Of a stretch of 64,000 nucleotides of DNA, positions 12,704 through 25,465 are shown in pieces. Source of the stretch: Kondoa subrosea (lineage: Eukaryota); contig BCIN01000006.1 of NCBI GenBank assembly GCA_039545335.1, forward strand, positions 496,001 to 560,000. Direction: 5' to 3'. Below the pieces are notes generated by a model. That model was not told the DNA's origin and made no database searches. It worked only from the letters and a program-made list of their open reading frames with translations. Position 1 is the first letter of the stretch. Each line of letters opens with the position of its first letter. The position numbers and the translations under genes were made by a program.

Positions 12704-14571
12704 ATGCTTCACCTTCACCGCTTACCCACGCCTCTTCCTCTTCCAGAAAACAAGCTGTATCTACTTGGCGATGCTCTGCCTCTTATCCGAACTCATGCGA
12801 CAGGCGATGTATTGAAAGATCTCGCTAGAATATTGGTCGAAGACGACATCAATTTACCGGGTCAACGTGTCTTGGGTCATGCAGCTTGGCTTATTGAACA
12901 GTACAAAGCAAGCAAGAACAAGGATGTGAAACGATGTGATGCGTTTGACAATGTACGTGGGTCAAAACAAGCCCTCGGCGGAGTTCAGCATTTCCGAAAC
13001 CCATGGTATTCAGCACAAAGCATCAGTCTAGAATTCGCTTTTGTCTCGGGCTGGTACCTCGACCCTGTTGCGCTTGCGTGATGGTTATCGGGTACACGAG
13101 CATTTGCGGACAATCAAGCTTTGGTTTGTCTGGGCTTAGCTCAGTGCAGCCTTTGCGCCTTGCTTGCTGAGAAGTGGTGTTTGGGCATGTGGAATTCAAA
13201 GGGGGCTTTCTCTTATCATCTTATCGCAAAGCTCATCTGCTTTTCTCTGCATAGGTGCGCAACTGGCACATACTCATTGATGTGATCGCTCATTGTCCCG
13301 TCGATGATGCTCTCTACTCTCTTCGTGAATTCTGTGGCAATGTAAGTTTTCTTTGCCAGCTTTTGCATCTAACAGAGCTGATGTTTGCTGGCAGGATATG
13401 CTGCTTGGCGCTTCTTTGCTTGGAAAGCGGGGTGATCGCGATGAGGAGGAGGAGACTGATGCTTTTGATACTAAACGTATGTGCTCTCCATTTACATGCC
13501 TCACCTTGCCCTGATCTTGATTTGCCGGCCTACAGGTGCAAAGCAAGCCACTGTAGCTGAGATCAACGAGTATACCACTGCTGACACTGAAGAAGCAGAA
13601 GAGGTTAGCCTGCTACCGAATCTTGCATTCTCGTGGGCTAATCGTTCGCTTTTTAGGTTGCGCATCTCATCCAGGCTGCTTTGGTCGAACCAGTCCTCGA
13701 AGAACCAGTCCCACAAGTTGTTCCAGCTGTTCCAGCTCAAGCTCAGACTAGTCTTCCAGCTCGCGGCACTACTTCTCAGCAGCCACCTGTGCATGTCCAA
13801 CCTGCTCTTGCAGTGCCAGCTCTGCAACCTGTTGTCGCTCAGAATCTTCCAGTACCAACAGTCATTGCTCAAGCTACTCCGTCCACTGAGCAACGTCCTT
13901 CTCAATTGGCCTTTGATGTCGTTTTCGTTGCGAAAGGACTTACCAGCTGTTTTGGCGACACTCTTGGCTTTGGTTCAAACGCCGTTAATTCAGCTACTGG
14001 CAACGTCAATTCATTGCTCACCAATGCGACGGATAATGCTATCAAGCTAATGCCTTTCGAAGGCACGATTAATAGGTTAGTCTTTACCTCTTTGCTTTTC
14101 TATTGCTGGAGCTAATTCATTTCTTTTGTAGAATGATGCTACTTCATACTGGTCTGAAAGGAGTTCGAGCAGTCGGGGCGAATATTCAGAACGATATTGA
14201 CATGCGGATCGAAAGGTATGTTTTCTCTTTTACCTCTACTTCGAGCTTTTCCTGATTTCGTCTTCTTGTCCGTAGAGCACCGGTCGATCAACCAATCTTC
14301 CCGATCCAAGCTGGTGCTTTGGCTGTAGGAACAGCTTTCAATTCAGGAGTTGGAGCAGTCGGCTATAAAGCTCTTGTAAGTTCTTTTGTCTTTCTTTCTT
14401 TACTGAACATCAGCTAAGTATGTCCTCCTACAGATCAAAATGCGTCTCGCAAGACTGAATGGCCAACAAGTCAAACGTCTCCTTCGTCCTGTTTACAATG
14501 CACTTGTGGACGAACGCAGTATTCTGCGAGCTGTCATCAGAAGAAGACACTACTTTGGCATCCATTACTGA
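12704..14571 (+). CDS. Hypothetical protein, about 8 exons, with a Pro/Val/Gln-rich middle
   Basis: Exons join in frame through canonical GT-AG introns (first intron 12953-13254). Ends ...RAVIRRRHYFGIHY*. No family recognised. Confidence 0.55.
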
Positions 14572-15168
14572 AGAAGAAGAAGAAAAGGTGACAGTTTTAG
14601 TGTATATAGGTATAGGGTTTTATGATTCCGTTTGTGTTTATAGTATAGTAGAAATAACCCGCTCATTATTATCTTATTCATTGTATAGTCTGTTGATGTC
14701 CATGCATGATATTTGCTTCCGACTCAAAGTTGTTTCCTCTTTGCTACCTTCTCATCTCTTTCAGACTATTCTCCAATTTTTGCAAACCGTTGACACCTTA
14801 ACCGCTGCAAAACATTTTGAAGGACAGCGAAAGATCGGTTTGTCAGTTTGAAAGAAACTTGTAGAGAGAAATTCGGGTCAGCAGAAGATAAAGGGCGAGA
14901 TAAAAGCGAAGATTCAGACAAGGAACTTGGTAAAGACCATGAGAAGCTATGACAGAAGGGAAAACAGATTCGTGTATATGATTCGTGTCGCATCGTTTTC
15001 ATTGCCTCCAGAGCAATGGGTATTTACAAGTAAGGTAGTTTTTCTCTGTTTCGAATCTCCTTAAAATGCCGCTACGGCCCTAATATACAAAGTCAATAAG
15101 CGCTACGAGCAAGCAAGCAAGCTTGAAAACATACCGACCGACCCAACCCTCTGATTTTCTACTTCTAT

Positions 15169-16129
15169 TCACGAGGCGTACTGTACGGTTCGTACATCAG
15201 TTCAGAGTCAACTCGATCATGCATTCCACATACCTTCTTAGTCTGCGCTTTGGCTTCAGCATCATGTTTCTTCCTATCCGTTCTGTAAAGTTCCGAAATA
15301 GCTGGTTCTAATGCGTCGTCGGCTGTACATCAAGACTACAGTTAGCTTCACGTATGGAGCGAATTTGTAGTATGAACGCACTGTTTGGTTCTGATAGAAG
15401 AGAAGCTAGGGAAAGTAGGACTTGAGAGATTTTGGTAGAGGGTTTCCAGTTATCTGGTCTGTACGCGAGCATCCTACATCAGCATGAAAGATGCTTCAGC
15501 AGTTGCACTACGCACTTTGTTAGACCAATACAGATGTTGCCATCCTCTGTAATGTTCATGTGATAGATTTTAGTCGTCTGTCAATAATGCGAGTCAGTTA
15601 TGCTTTGGTAAAGCAAAACTTCGTGCGGAACTGACGAATTTGATCTGTAGCAAGTCATAGATTAGCGTTGAAGTAGCCAGCAGAGTTCGTGGCATACCAT
15701 AGGTGCTTTGAAAGGCTGTGATTCGTTGTATTGTTAGAGACAGATGCTTCTGACAGCATGAACGAACTCACGTATTCGACAGGGAAGTCAATGTTTAGAT
15801 TGAATTTGCCTCCAGCATAAGGTGACCCGCTCTGCGAACCAATATTGATCATATCAGCTGCTATTGCAGCATGAGCCTGAATTCGACTCGCCGGACCGCT
15901 AATGTGCCCAGACCACCTATTCCCGCTCTCAGCTGGATCGCATGAGTAGTAGAAGAGCTACTCACTTGAGTATATTGCTCTCATCTGGTTGTACTATCAC
16001 ATTCGGTACAGGATCAGAACTGAGATCATTGTATTCCTGCGCGCGAGATGGAGATTGGCAATCAATACAAGGCTTTTGTATCTTGTGGCACGCTAGGCTG
16101 ACCTTCTGAATGCGTCGTGTAGCTGCCAT
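15169..16129 (-). CDS. Ubiquitin-conjugating enzyme E2 (Ubc4/5-like), about 10 exons
   Basis: MAATRRIQKE...GSPYAGGKF...[31 protein letters not shown]...NWKP...EPNTDDAL...YAS*; catalytic Cys present. Confidence 0.9.
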
Positions 16130-16714
16130 AATGTGCAAAAGTGGCCGTATGAGGTAAGGTTTATGTCTGAAAATCCAGAGCCTTTTGAACAAGGACGATC
16201 ATCCGCTTTACTTATTTGATGCAGGCAGTGCCTCACTGCTCGACAAGACTCGTGTATATCAGCAGGTACTCGCAGCCTTTGCTTGTATTGTCTGGGAGAC
16301 TTACCATTCCTCTTTGTCTCACTTGGCTGGTCTGCTGTTGTCTTATATCTCTGTTCTGCCGTCGAGGATCAACGGCTATGACGCTGATGATCATCTTCTC
16401 TATGCTACTATCGTATTTCGCTTTGTCCTTTTACAGTCTTCCCGTCGCGCGCACAAAGTAGATGTCTACCAACATGTCTAAGCGGCTCGCATAGCTCTTT
16501 TCTTCTACTGGCACCTGACCTCTACTTCGAACCAAAACACGAGGCCGCGGATGGGAGTATTGACTGGCGAGTTCATTATTGGATCAATTGCGAATACATC
16601 GTACAGAGCTGAACAAAATCGCACTGATCTACTTCTTGTCCTCTTCCTCCATCAACCAACTGGCGCTTTCTCAACCTACAGCGCCTTGGACGCCCATTCG
16701 GTTTTCGACAATCA

Positions 16715-17072
16715 GTGTTGAGGCGCTGCGAGGGGATTTCACCTGGAGTGCTGACCCGAGCTATCTGCCCGGGCTTTCGACAAGCTCAAGGTTTCACCTT
16801 CAGCCGGGATCCTACGTCCGAGACTAGATCTTATTAGTTCTCGTTTCCCTCAAATCGACAATGCAAGTTTGGACAACTTGGACGACTGTTTTGGTGTTGA
16901 GGCGTTGTGAGGGGATTGCACTCGGAGTGCTGACTCGAACTATTTGCCCGGACTGTTCGACATCTCTCTCTTCGCTTCTCAGCCGGGATCCTACTCTCTG
17001 AGACTACTGCGGTTAGTTCTCGTTTCCCTCTATCGACAAGCAAGAGTGGACTACATGGACGACTGGACGACT
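16715..17072. repeat. Diverged tandem direct repeat, two copies of about 180 bp
   Basis: Both copies share gtgttgaggcg, ggagtgctgac, cagccgggatcctac, ttagttctcgtttccctc and tggacgactg in the same order. Confidence 0.85.
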
Positions 17073-17367
17073 GGATGCACTACGCGATCATCGAATTGAT
17101 GATCAATAGCGTAAATGCGACAGCGGATTTGCTTGTCATCACTAAAGCCTCATTTTCCTGGGAGGGCGCAATCGCGTCGAAGCAAATTGATTTCTACATC
17201 GTGTAATAAATAAACTCTGCAATGCAACACATGTTGTCTTTTGCCTTCCGCTCGTGATTTGCAATTCTCTAAACTAAAGCTTGGAGAGCAACCTCGATCT
17301 GTCGACTTCTGTCTGCTGCTCAGCTCGTTGTACTTTCTTCAGATAGTCATCCTCCAGCGATCCAATC

Positions 17368-19489
17368 ATGTCTCGTAGACGATCTGGCTCAAATAACGAC
17401 GTGACTGGTCCAACTTCGGCTCTCACTTCTTTCCTTCGTGAAAAAGGCATCACAGTCCCTAGAAACCAAAATCGCTTTCAAAGGAATCAACAAGCTCAAC
17501 CTGAAGCTGACAACGCTGATCCAAATGCTGATGCATCGATTCCTTTACCTGATATTTCACAAATACCTGTTGCTGGTCCTGGTCCTTCTTCTTCTGCTAG
17601 GAAACGTAAAGTCATACCAGAGAATGATGAAGATGAGGAAGAAGAGTCTACTGCTGTTGCCACTTCCAAGAAGAAGAAATCGGTCTCTGCTTCAGCTCAG
17701 AAAAAGCAAGCGGCCAAGAAACAAGCTGATTTAGATGCTGAATTAGCTGAATTGGGCGCAACGTATAATCCACCTAAAGGTCGTTATGCAGATCGGATCC
17801 CTGGTCAATTCGTTTATTGCGAAGATTGCGGTGTCAAGTTTACTTTGACCCGTTATACACCTACTTCTGGAGATGGGAAAGGTGTACTTTGTGTAGCTTG
17901 TCAAGCGGAGAATGGAGTGCCGGATATGGCTACTGCTGAAGGAGGAGCAAAGAAGCCTGCGGTCAAGAAAAGGGCTGTCAAACCGAAACCTACACCGCTT
18001 GAGAAACCCGCGAAGCAAGTCAAGACCTTGCAGAATGCTTGCATTGGGGTCAGTGATATAGTCAATGGGTCATCATGGCTTTTATTGATCTGCTGAATGA
18101 CAGCTTATTGGTCAACACATCGATTCGGTTGATGAACTTGGTGACGTAGGCTATGGAAATATGGACAAGGTGAGCCTTACATATGACAATAGCCAATGGC
18201 TCTAACACGCGCATGCAGATCTGCAAGATTGTTTGCAAGAATAGGGGCCTCTCAACCGAGACTATTAAGCTGTTTTTGGACTTGCATGCTCAGCAATTGA
18301 CATTGTACGATTGTGCCCGTCAGTAACATCCTCCCCGATATTAGAAAAGAGCTTAGGGATTGTTGCAGAACTTGACACGGAAGCCTATGATCAAATCACG
18401 TCTTTCGCTCCCCGGGTCAAACATCTTACATTGAACTTCTGTGGCGGTATCAACGATGAATCGATCAATATCCTGGCCACTAAGCTCAAGAACCTTGTTC
18501 GTGTTGAGCTTTACGGTCCTTATCTGGTTCGAGTGTGCGTAAAAGTCCATTGTCAGCTATATGTGAGCTCAAATTGGCAAATTATTCGTACAGTGACGGC
18601 TGGGATCGCTTCCTCGACACTTTTGTGGCGGAAGATCGATCTCCTCTAGAAGGTTTCCTCATTCGACAATCACCTCGTTTCTCCAAAGACAATCTCACTA
18701 AACTAGTCGAAAACTTTCCCAATCTGACTGAACTTCGTCTATCCGAGATCCAGAAACTCGATAACTCTTGCCTCGATCTCTTACATTCAATGCATCACTT
18801 GACTCATCTCGACCTCTTTCGAGCCGGTCTGACTGGAGAGAATCTGACTGATGAGGGTGTCATTCCTTTGATCAAAGCTGTTGGTGGTAATCTGGAAACG
18901 TTGGTTCTAAGCGGGAACGAGAAGCTTACCGATGGTTGCCTAACTCAAGGAATCAAGACTTCTTGTCCTAAATTGCGACATTTGGGTCTAGCGGAATTAG
19001 ATTTGACTCCGGATGGTGTGATTGATTTGTTTGGGAATTGGCTAGAAAACACTGGGTTGGAAACTTTGGATTTCAATGGTTGTTTGGAATTGGATGATAA
19101 AGCTATTGAAGCCATGATTGCTCATTCAGGAAGAGAACTAAGGGATCTGAATTTGCATTCGGTGGATGCGAAACTGACGGATGTGGGAGTGAAAGCGGTT
19201 GCTCAAGGATGTCCTGAATTGAGGAAATTGGATTTGGGTTTCGTCAGAGCTTTGGATGATTTCATCTTGGTATGGGTCTTGTCTGTCCTCTGAAGCACTG
19301 AGCTCACATATGGCGTATAGAAGGAGATCTTGGACAATTGCCCTGCATTGGAAAAGCTCAGCATCTTCGTAAGTTTGCCCAATACCCTCTCAGAATGGGC
19401 AACTTACCCTACCGTAGGGTTGTTCTCGGCTCACCGACTCTGCTCCATTGAAACAAGGAGTTGTTGGCGTTCACATGCGCGTCGAATGA
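17368..19489 (+). CDS. RAD7: Nucleotide excision repair LRR protein Rad7/Rhp7 homologue
   Basis: N-terminal VTGPTSALTSFLREKGI motif, CxxC...CxxC pair, and C-terminal RNI-like leucine-rich repeats. Confidence 0.8.
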
Positions 19490-19963
19490 TTTGATGCAAA
19501 CGGGCACAAGTAACATCGCAGAACGGCAGTTGTAAGCAGCAGTAGCGCTTCAGGTCTACGTTTTGCAAGCTGAATCGTCATGTGCAGTTCCCATTTGTAT
19601 ATACACTCATTGCGCCCATGTGAAATCGCTTTGTCAAAATCGACTCAATACGACTTCATATGCTAGATTGCTCGCTCTGGGACGCGTGCGAGTCCTCTCT
19701 TTGGCGCGATCTCATTCAGTCTCAAACCATGTCTTTCGCTTTTATCAGTCGGCAACAAGATCAAACAGACGCGTCTTTAATTGTTGTTGTTCAGTCTCGG
19801 CGATTTGCTGATCTAAAATGCTTATTGTTCCGCTCTTGGCTCCGCTCTTCGTTTACATTTGTCTATCACTTCTGTGCCGATCTGTTGCCTTTGTACCTCT
19901 GTCGTTTCTTACACCTTTGCATTTTGTCCTTCTCCAATCTGTCATTACTGTATTCATCGCATT

Positions 19964-21553
19964 ATGCCTTACTCGCCCAAACTTGGCAGCTCAACAATTT
20001 TCGGTCAAGATCCAATTATACCATCGTACAAGAGCTTTTCCGGCAGAAACAAGAAATACCTTGCACTGATAACTTTTTCACTTTTGTTTGGCATTGGCTA
20101 CTCATTTCAACCTCAGCAACTCGCACTAGCGAATCTACTATCAACAACATCTTCCAGTCGTTACTGGTCAACAGACGGATGTCTAGAAGCAATTACGCAT
20201 CAGCGAGAAGTATTGGAAACGACCTTCAAGGAGATGTTTCGCGATACGACAAGAGTCGCTCTGATTGGGATACCAGATCACAGTAATAAAGGGGACAGTG
20301 CAATAGCAGTAGGAGAAAGGGCATTGCTGCAATCTTTAGGCATTGAGGTGAGCACAAGATTGTCGCGTGCATAGAAGCAGAACTGATTTCAAGATTTCAC
20401 ATAGGTCATCTATGACTGCATCAGCTTCGCAGCATCAGACCCAGTACCAGAGAACAAGCTATACAACAGGACAGAACTTCAGCAAGCCCTTCAAGGACAA
20501 AGCAAAGTAATGATTGCGTTTCATGGTTAGTGTCAGCTTATTGTCAGACACTATTCAGCTGACACAGGCAGACAGGTGGAGGTAATCTAGGTATTGACGC
20601 TTCTGTCATTCAACTCCCAGCATATCTAATCATTTTTTTTTTCCTTAGGCGATTTATATTGGCCAGAAATTGAGCTGCGACTGGAGATAGTACGAGATTT
20701 TCCGGGTAAGTCCCAGCTGACTGCTTTAGTGATGAAGCTGATCTTTACTGCGAATAGACGTTCCAATCCTTTCTTTCCCTCAATCCATTCACTTCGAACA
20801 TCAAGTCAATGCAGACGCAGTAGCGAAAACTTTTGGCGCTCATCCTGATCTGCAACTCGCTTTAAGAGATCAAACAAGCTACAACTTCGCACTTCAACAC
20901 TTCGCAACTCATGGCGTCCAAGTTTATTACACTCCAGACATCGCTTTCGCTATTGGTCAACGCTATGATCTAAGACAACGATTCCAACCTCAACATGATC
21001 TACTTTTATTCCAACGTACGGATCTAGAAGCTACTACATGGGTCAATGATACTTTACTGCAAAATGTTCGAGTTCGAATTGAAGAGAATGGGGTTGAGAA
21101 ATTTAATTATGCGGATTCGGTAGTGGGAGATTGGATCTTTGATGATATTCCGGAAAGACGTAAGTTGGATAGTACTCTAGCTCAAATTTCGGTACGTATA
21201 TACTTGCTTGAGTTTGATATGTTTCGCCCAGAGGCTGATGACCTTTACAGCACTTCAGAATGGAACAAGGCGCAGAGTTTTTATCAAACAATGGACGATT
21301 TGCAATCATTGATCGTCTACATGGTAGGATCCAACAATTTGTCTTAGCTTGGATAAGCTTATTGATGTATATTATAGGTCACATCCTTTCTGTTCTGCTC
21401 GGAATCCCACACGTACTGGTAGATAACAACATTGGCAAATTAACAGATTACTACAGCTCTTGGACCAACACCTGTAATCTTGCTAAATTGGCTAAATCAC
21501 CTCAGGAAGCAGCAAAAGAAGCAGCTGGGTTCTTCCTTAATGAACATAAGTGA
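19964..21553 (+). CDS. Polysaccharide pyruvyltransferase (Pvg1/EpsI-like), type II membrane protein
   Basis: N-terminal TM (YLALITFSLLFGIGY); motifs PDHSNKGDSAI, HGGGNLGDLY, FPQSIHF, LRD, PDIAF, DRLHGHILSVLLGIPHVLVDN. Confidence 0.85.
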
Positions 21554-21789
21554 GTTGATGATTGTTGGAGAGTCTCGAGACATACTGATAATACCTTAAC
21601 AGATTCACTACTTTGCCTTGGAAGCATCATCTTTAGCACAGTCATGTCGTTCTTTCGTTTCGAATGTATATGATTGGCAGCACTTTCGTACCACATTCTT
21701 GTATATATTAGCTCGTCGCATTGCATTTTTATTGATCCAGTCGAACATGTCATTCTGACACAGCGACTCCCATAGACACCTTTTTCGAA

Positions 21790-22521
21790 ATGGATATAGA
21801 TAGCGCACGAGCAGTAGGCTGCCTTGCAAGAGCATCTGAGTCAGGCCAAGTCTTACGGACTGCTTGTGAGCAGAAACGATTGGCAGAATTAGCAAGTCAA
21901 CAACAAGGTGGTAGTCAAAATTTCTCAGAAGCTGGTTCTTCGTCATCAGGAGTAGGGAGTGAGAAAGCCGCACAAGCTGAGCAACAGAAAGAAGCAGAGG
22001 CAGAAGGTAAAAGGGAGATTATGTCGCAAATATTATCAAATGAAGCGAGAGAAAGATTGGCGCGGATACAACTGGTCAGACCGCAGAGAGCTCAAGGGAT
22101 ATCGGATCTATTGTTACGCATGGCTCAAGGTGGTCAGATTAGAGGCAAAGTCAGTCGAAAGGAAGCTGGACTGTGAAAGCCCAGGAAGCTCAAATGTGCT
22201 ATTTCAAGGTTTCGGAAGATCAGCTGGTAGGAATACTAGATCAAGTAGAAGCGATGGAAAAGAACAAGTCAGCGAGTGCGCAACAAGGGACGATCAAAGT
22301 AAGGCATTGTCAATTCCGCGATTTGTGACTGATAAATTCTCGCTCCACAGTTCAGTAGGCGGAAAGGTGCTGATAGTGAAGACGAAGATGACTTCAGGCC
22401 GACTGTCAGTAAGACGTCGACAGGGGTATGTAAATTGCCTCGGATGCCTCTCGTCAGCTGAATGTTCCTACAGATATCTAGAGCGAGACCTGATGATTCG
22501 GACGATGACTTTGATCTATGA
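21790..22521 (+). CDS. PDCD5-family (double-stranded DNA-binding domain) protein
   Basis: IMSQILSNEARERLARIQLVRPQRAQ...LLRMAQGGQIRGKVSEDQLVGIL; acidic tail DDSDDDFDL*. Confidence 0.85.
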
Positions 22522-22848
22522 AGAATAAATCGCGCGGGCGCGAATACTCATGCTTTTCGACTTTCTCATTTCATCTTTTGCCTCTCTTCATCTTTCTCCT
22601 TGTCTGTTCCCCGTTACTTATGGTATTTATCATGCAAGGCCATGAGCTAGACTGATCATTCAGGTACGCATTCGTCTGCGCGAAGCAAAGACCAGCAATC
22701 TGGCTAAAGCGAAGCGGAATATGTGTCTGAAGGCGAAACGACTGAATTTTACATTTGCTCAATGAATTGGGATGCCTTGGATGAATAAATAAATAAATAA
22801 TGACGATGTTTAATGCTATAATGTGCGATCTATTCCTTTGGAAACATG

Positions 22849-25465
22849 TCACAATGTTATTTGCCAACGAGAGCGGAAATCGGCGTTGAGCTCTGCGTTC
22901 AGAGTTGTATTTGACCTGTGGACCCAAAAAAGTTAGCTTTATACATGCCAAGCACGCATCAGACTCACCAATAAGCGCCGTTGTATCTTTGATGTTCAGC
23001 TGTCTGAAGACCTGCGAATCTGACCCAATTCATGAAGTATTGAGCTTCATCCTCTGTTGAATACAAAGTCTGGCCAGTTCTTGTAATCCCGCTATCGTCT
23101 GTTTGAATGATCCAACCAGTATGAGTACACCAGCCTAGTTCTTCCGCTGGATCCAGTAAGCGATCATAACCACAATAATCGATTGAATCGAAAGCCGTTC
23201 GGACTGCCTTGAATCGACCGTTATCGACTTGAAGATGAGCTGCACCAGGAATTTGAGCAGACCAAACAAGACGATTATTTATAGGTCGCAAGATCGATTG
23301 ACCAGGATATTCCTTGATTAGGTCTTCCGGGAAATTCATCAGATCAAGAATCGTAGGCAGGACATCTGTAGTAGTCCATGCTTCACTCTGAGGAACAACC
23401 ATTTGTTTGGAAGTAGCCCGAGCTCTTGTAGCAGGTGTGGAAATCAAAGCTGGAACAGCCAAATTTCGGTGATGCGTATCGTCCACTTGGAATGCCCCAT
23501 GTTTATTGAGACGAGGACCATGATCTCCATGCAATATGAGCAAAGTATCGTCCAGAATATCTTTCTCCTCCAGCATCTGCCAGAATTCTTGCAGGACCGA
23601 ATCAGTGTATTTGACTGAGTTGAGATGTCGATTTTGCTGATCCTTTTTCCAGGTATAATCTTTCAAGCCTAATCGAGGGATAGGATAGAATGGCCAGTGA
23701 TTGGTTGATGTATGCCAGCTCATCAAAGTCGGCTTGTTGCTTTGCAGCTGTTGATCGAGCCACGTTGACATAGGTGTAAGTATATCTCGATCTTCCGCAC
23801 TGTTATACGTCGGCAATCAGTCTTTCTGCCTATCAGTCAAGGCATGAAAACATACAGCCGTGGTTCGATTGGAACAGTCTCCGGGTGATCTCTCATCAAT
23901 TCCTCCATGCCATATATAGTTTCCCAACCTTGCTTCTGCAGAATAGTATCGAAATGATCCAGACTTTTTTCTGCAGAGCTGAAGAATGCCGTTGCATAAG
24001 AGCTATTGCGAAGAAGATGAGGTAGACAAGGTCGTTGATCGGCTATTGCATTCTCCGTTTCCGTAAAATCGTTTATGGGAGGATGCATGCCGCAAAGAGA
24101 TGAATGATCGCTCTTGACACTGTAAGCTGCGTTGGTCATGAAGTTCGGTACATATAGAGATTGTTGAGTCAGATTGGCAAAGAAGGGAGTCATATATGAC
24201 GCTGTGTTGTGTTCAGCAGCAATATCGTCGCAATTATGCTGAGAGCAGTATCTGTGAATGCCAAAATCAGTAAATGTGATGCACCCTGAACAGCCTCTGA
24301 CAACGCACGTCTCCTTCCAAGGCCAAACGTTGGCATCGGCGCTTTCAAGCCAGATAACAAAGACGTGTTTGTACATCTTGTGTTCCATAGTAGCAGGCCA
24401 TCTTGAAGGTTTCTCAATGTTGGAAGTACCGTGTAAAGAAGGAGGAAAGAAAGCGGAAGTTGATATTGCTGCACCTGATCCAGCGGCCATAACGAAGCTC
24501 ATATCGACTGATTGCTTGATCCAAGGTCGTTGCATCAAAGAGCAGACAAAGTCGACCAGAAGATTCGGCTTCACTATTGGACCGAGGTTTCGAACGAGAG
24601 CATACACTACTACGCTTCCGAGAACCATTGCAATGAGTTGCCTGAGACGTTTGTTTCGTCTGAAAGCTTGTGCTGGTCTTGATTGCTTAGCTAGATGATC
24701 TCGAACAAATGCAGATACGGCGACGAAAAGAAGGAAGATTGCAGAGTTGATTACCAAGGCTCTTCGAAAGGTCGCGTCCACTGAACCTGCTGCGTAGGCT
24801 GCCGAGCTAATGTTCCGCATAGCATCTTTCATATCCAAGTACGCGCCTATTAATCCCACCGAGATCAGTCTATGAAGTGGCTTTTGGATTTAGGACTTAC
24901 CGTTGGAATCATGTCCCGATTGGCTGACAATAGCAAACAGAGAGCAGATCATTACTACCACGCTGACCAAACCCCACACGAGCGCGGGTAGTAGAGTCTT
25001 GACTGCAGAACGGCAGCCTGCCATTACATATGGTCGAGCGCGTTCAGATATAGATGGAGTAGTACGATGCCGCCACATGGCAGGAGAGCTCAAAGGTGTT
25101 CCATATTTGCTGTTTTGAAAGATCATTGCCAGAGATTTACGTTCCACCGGGCGATCGCTGTCCAGCTTTTCTGACATGATTCCCAAGCCAGTCATCGGTC
25201 GCCAATCTGTATTATCTAGAGTCGAAGAGGAAAAGAATTCTTCGTAGAGGGAACATATAGCGTGTATAAGTAGGGCGATTGAATTGTCGAGCAAGAACGC
25301 TTTCACTCGTGTTACTGATAAAGTCGTGATGCCAAAAGTTGGATCAGTCTTATCCAATCGAACCAGAAGAAAGGAGGCATAGAGGGCTTCTGCTAGCAAG
25401 AAGTGTGGTTTGAGACCCGCTCTGGTGAGGACTCGCTTTGGAAGAGTCTGCAGCTGTTTCAACAT
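22849..25465 (-). CDS. Membrane-anchored alkaline-phosphatase-superfamily enzyme (LTA synthase/sulfatase-like)
   Basis: Several N-terminal TM segments; HVFVIWLES, TPFFANL, YSVKSDHSSLCG, TNHWPF, LNSVKYTDSVL, TLLILHGDHG, TTDVLPTILDL, YPGQSILRP. Confidence 0.8.

Noticed and set aside
12953..13254. TPP riboswitch in the long intron (contains ctgaga)
   Set aside because: The downstream conserved elements (ACTTGAT...GATAAT...GCG) are absent.
16185..16481. Short plus-strand ORFs upstream of the E2 gene
   Set aside because: No convincing start, splice pattern or homology; left unannotated.
19660..20286. 208-aa plus-strand ORF
   Set aside because: It overlaps the pyruvyltransferase in another frame, lacks an ATG start and shows no recognisable motif.
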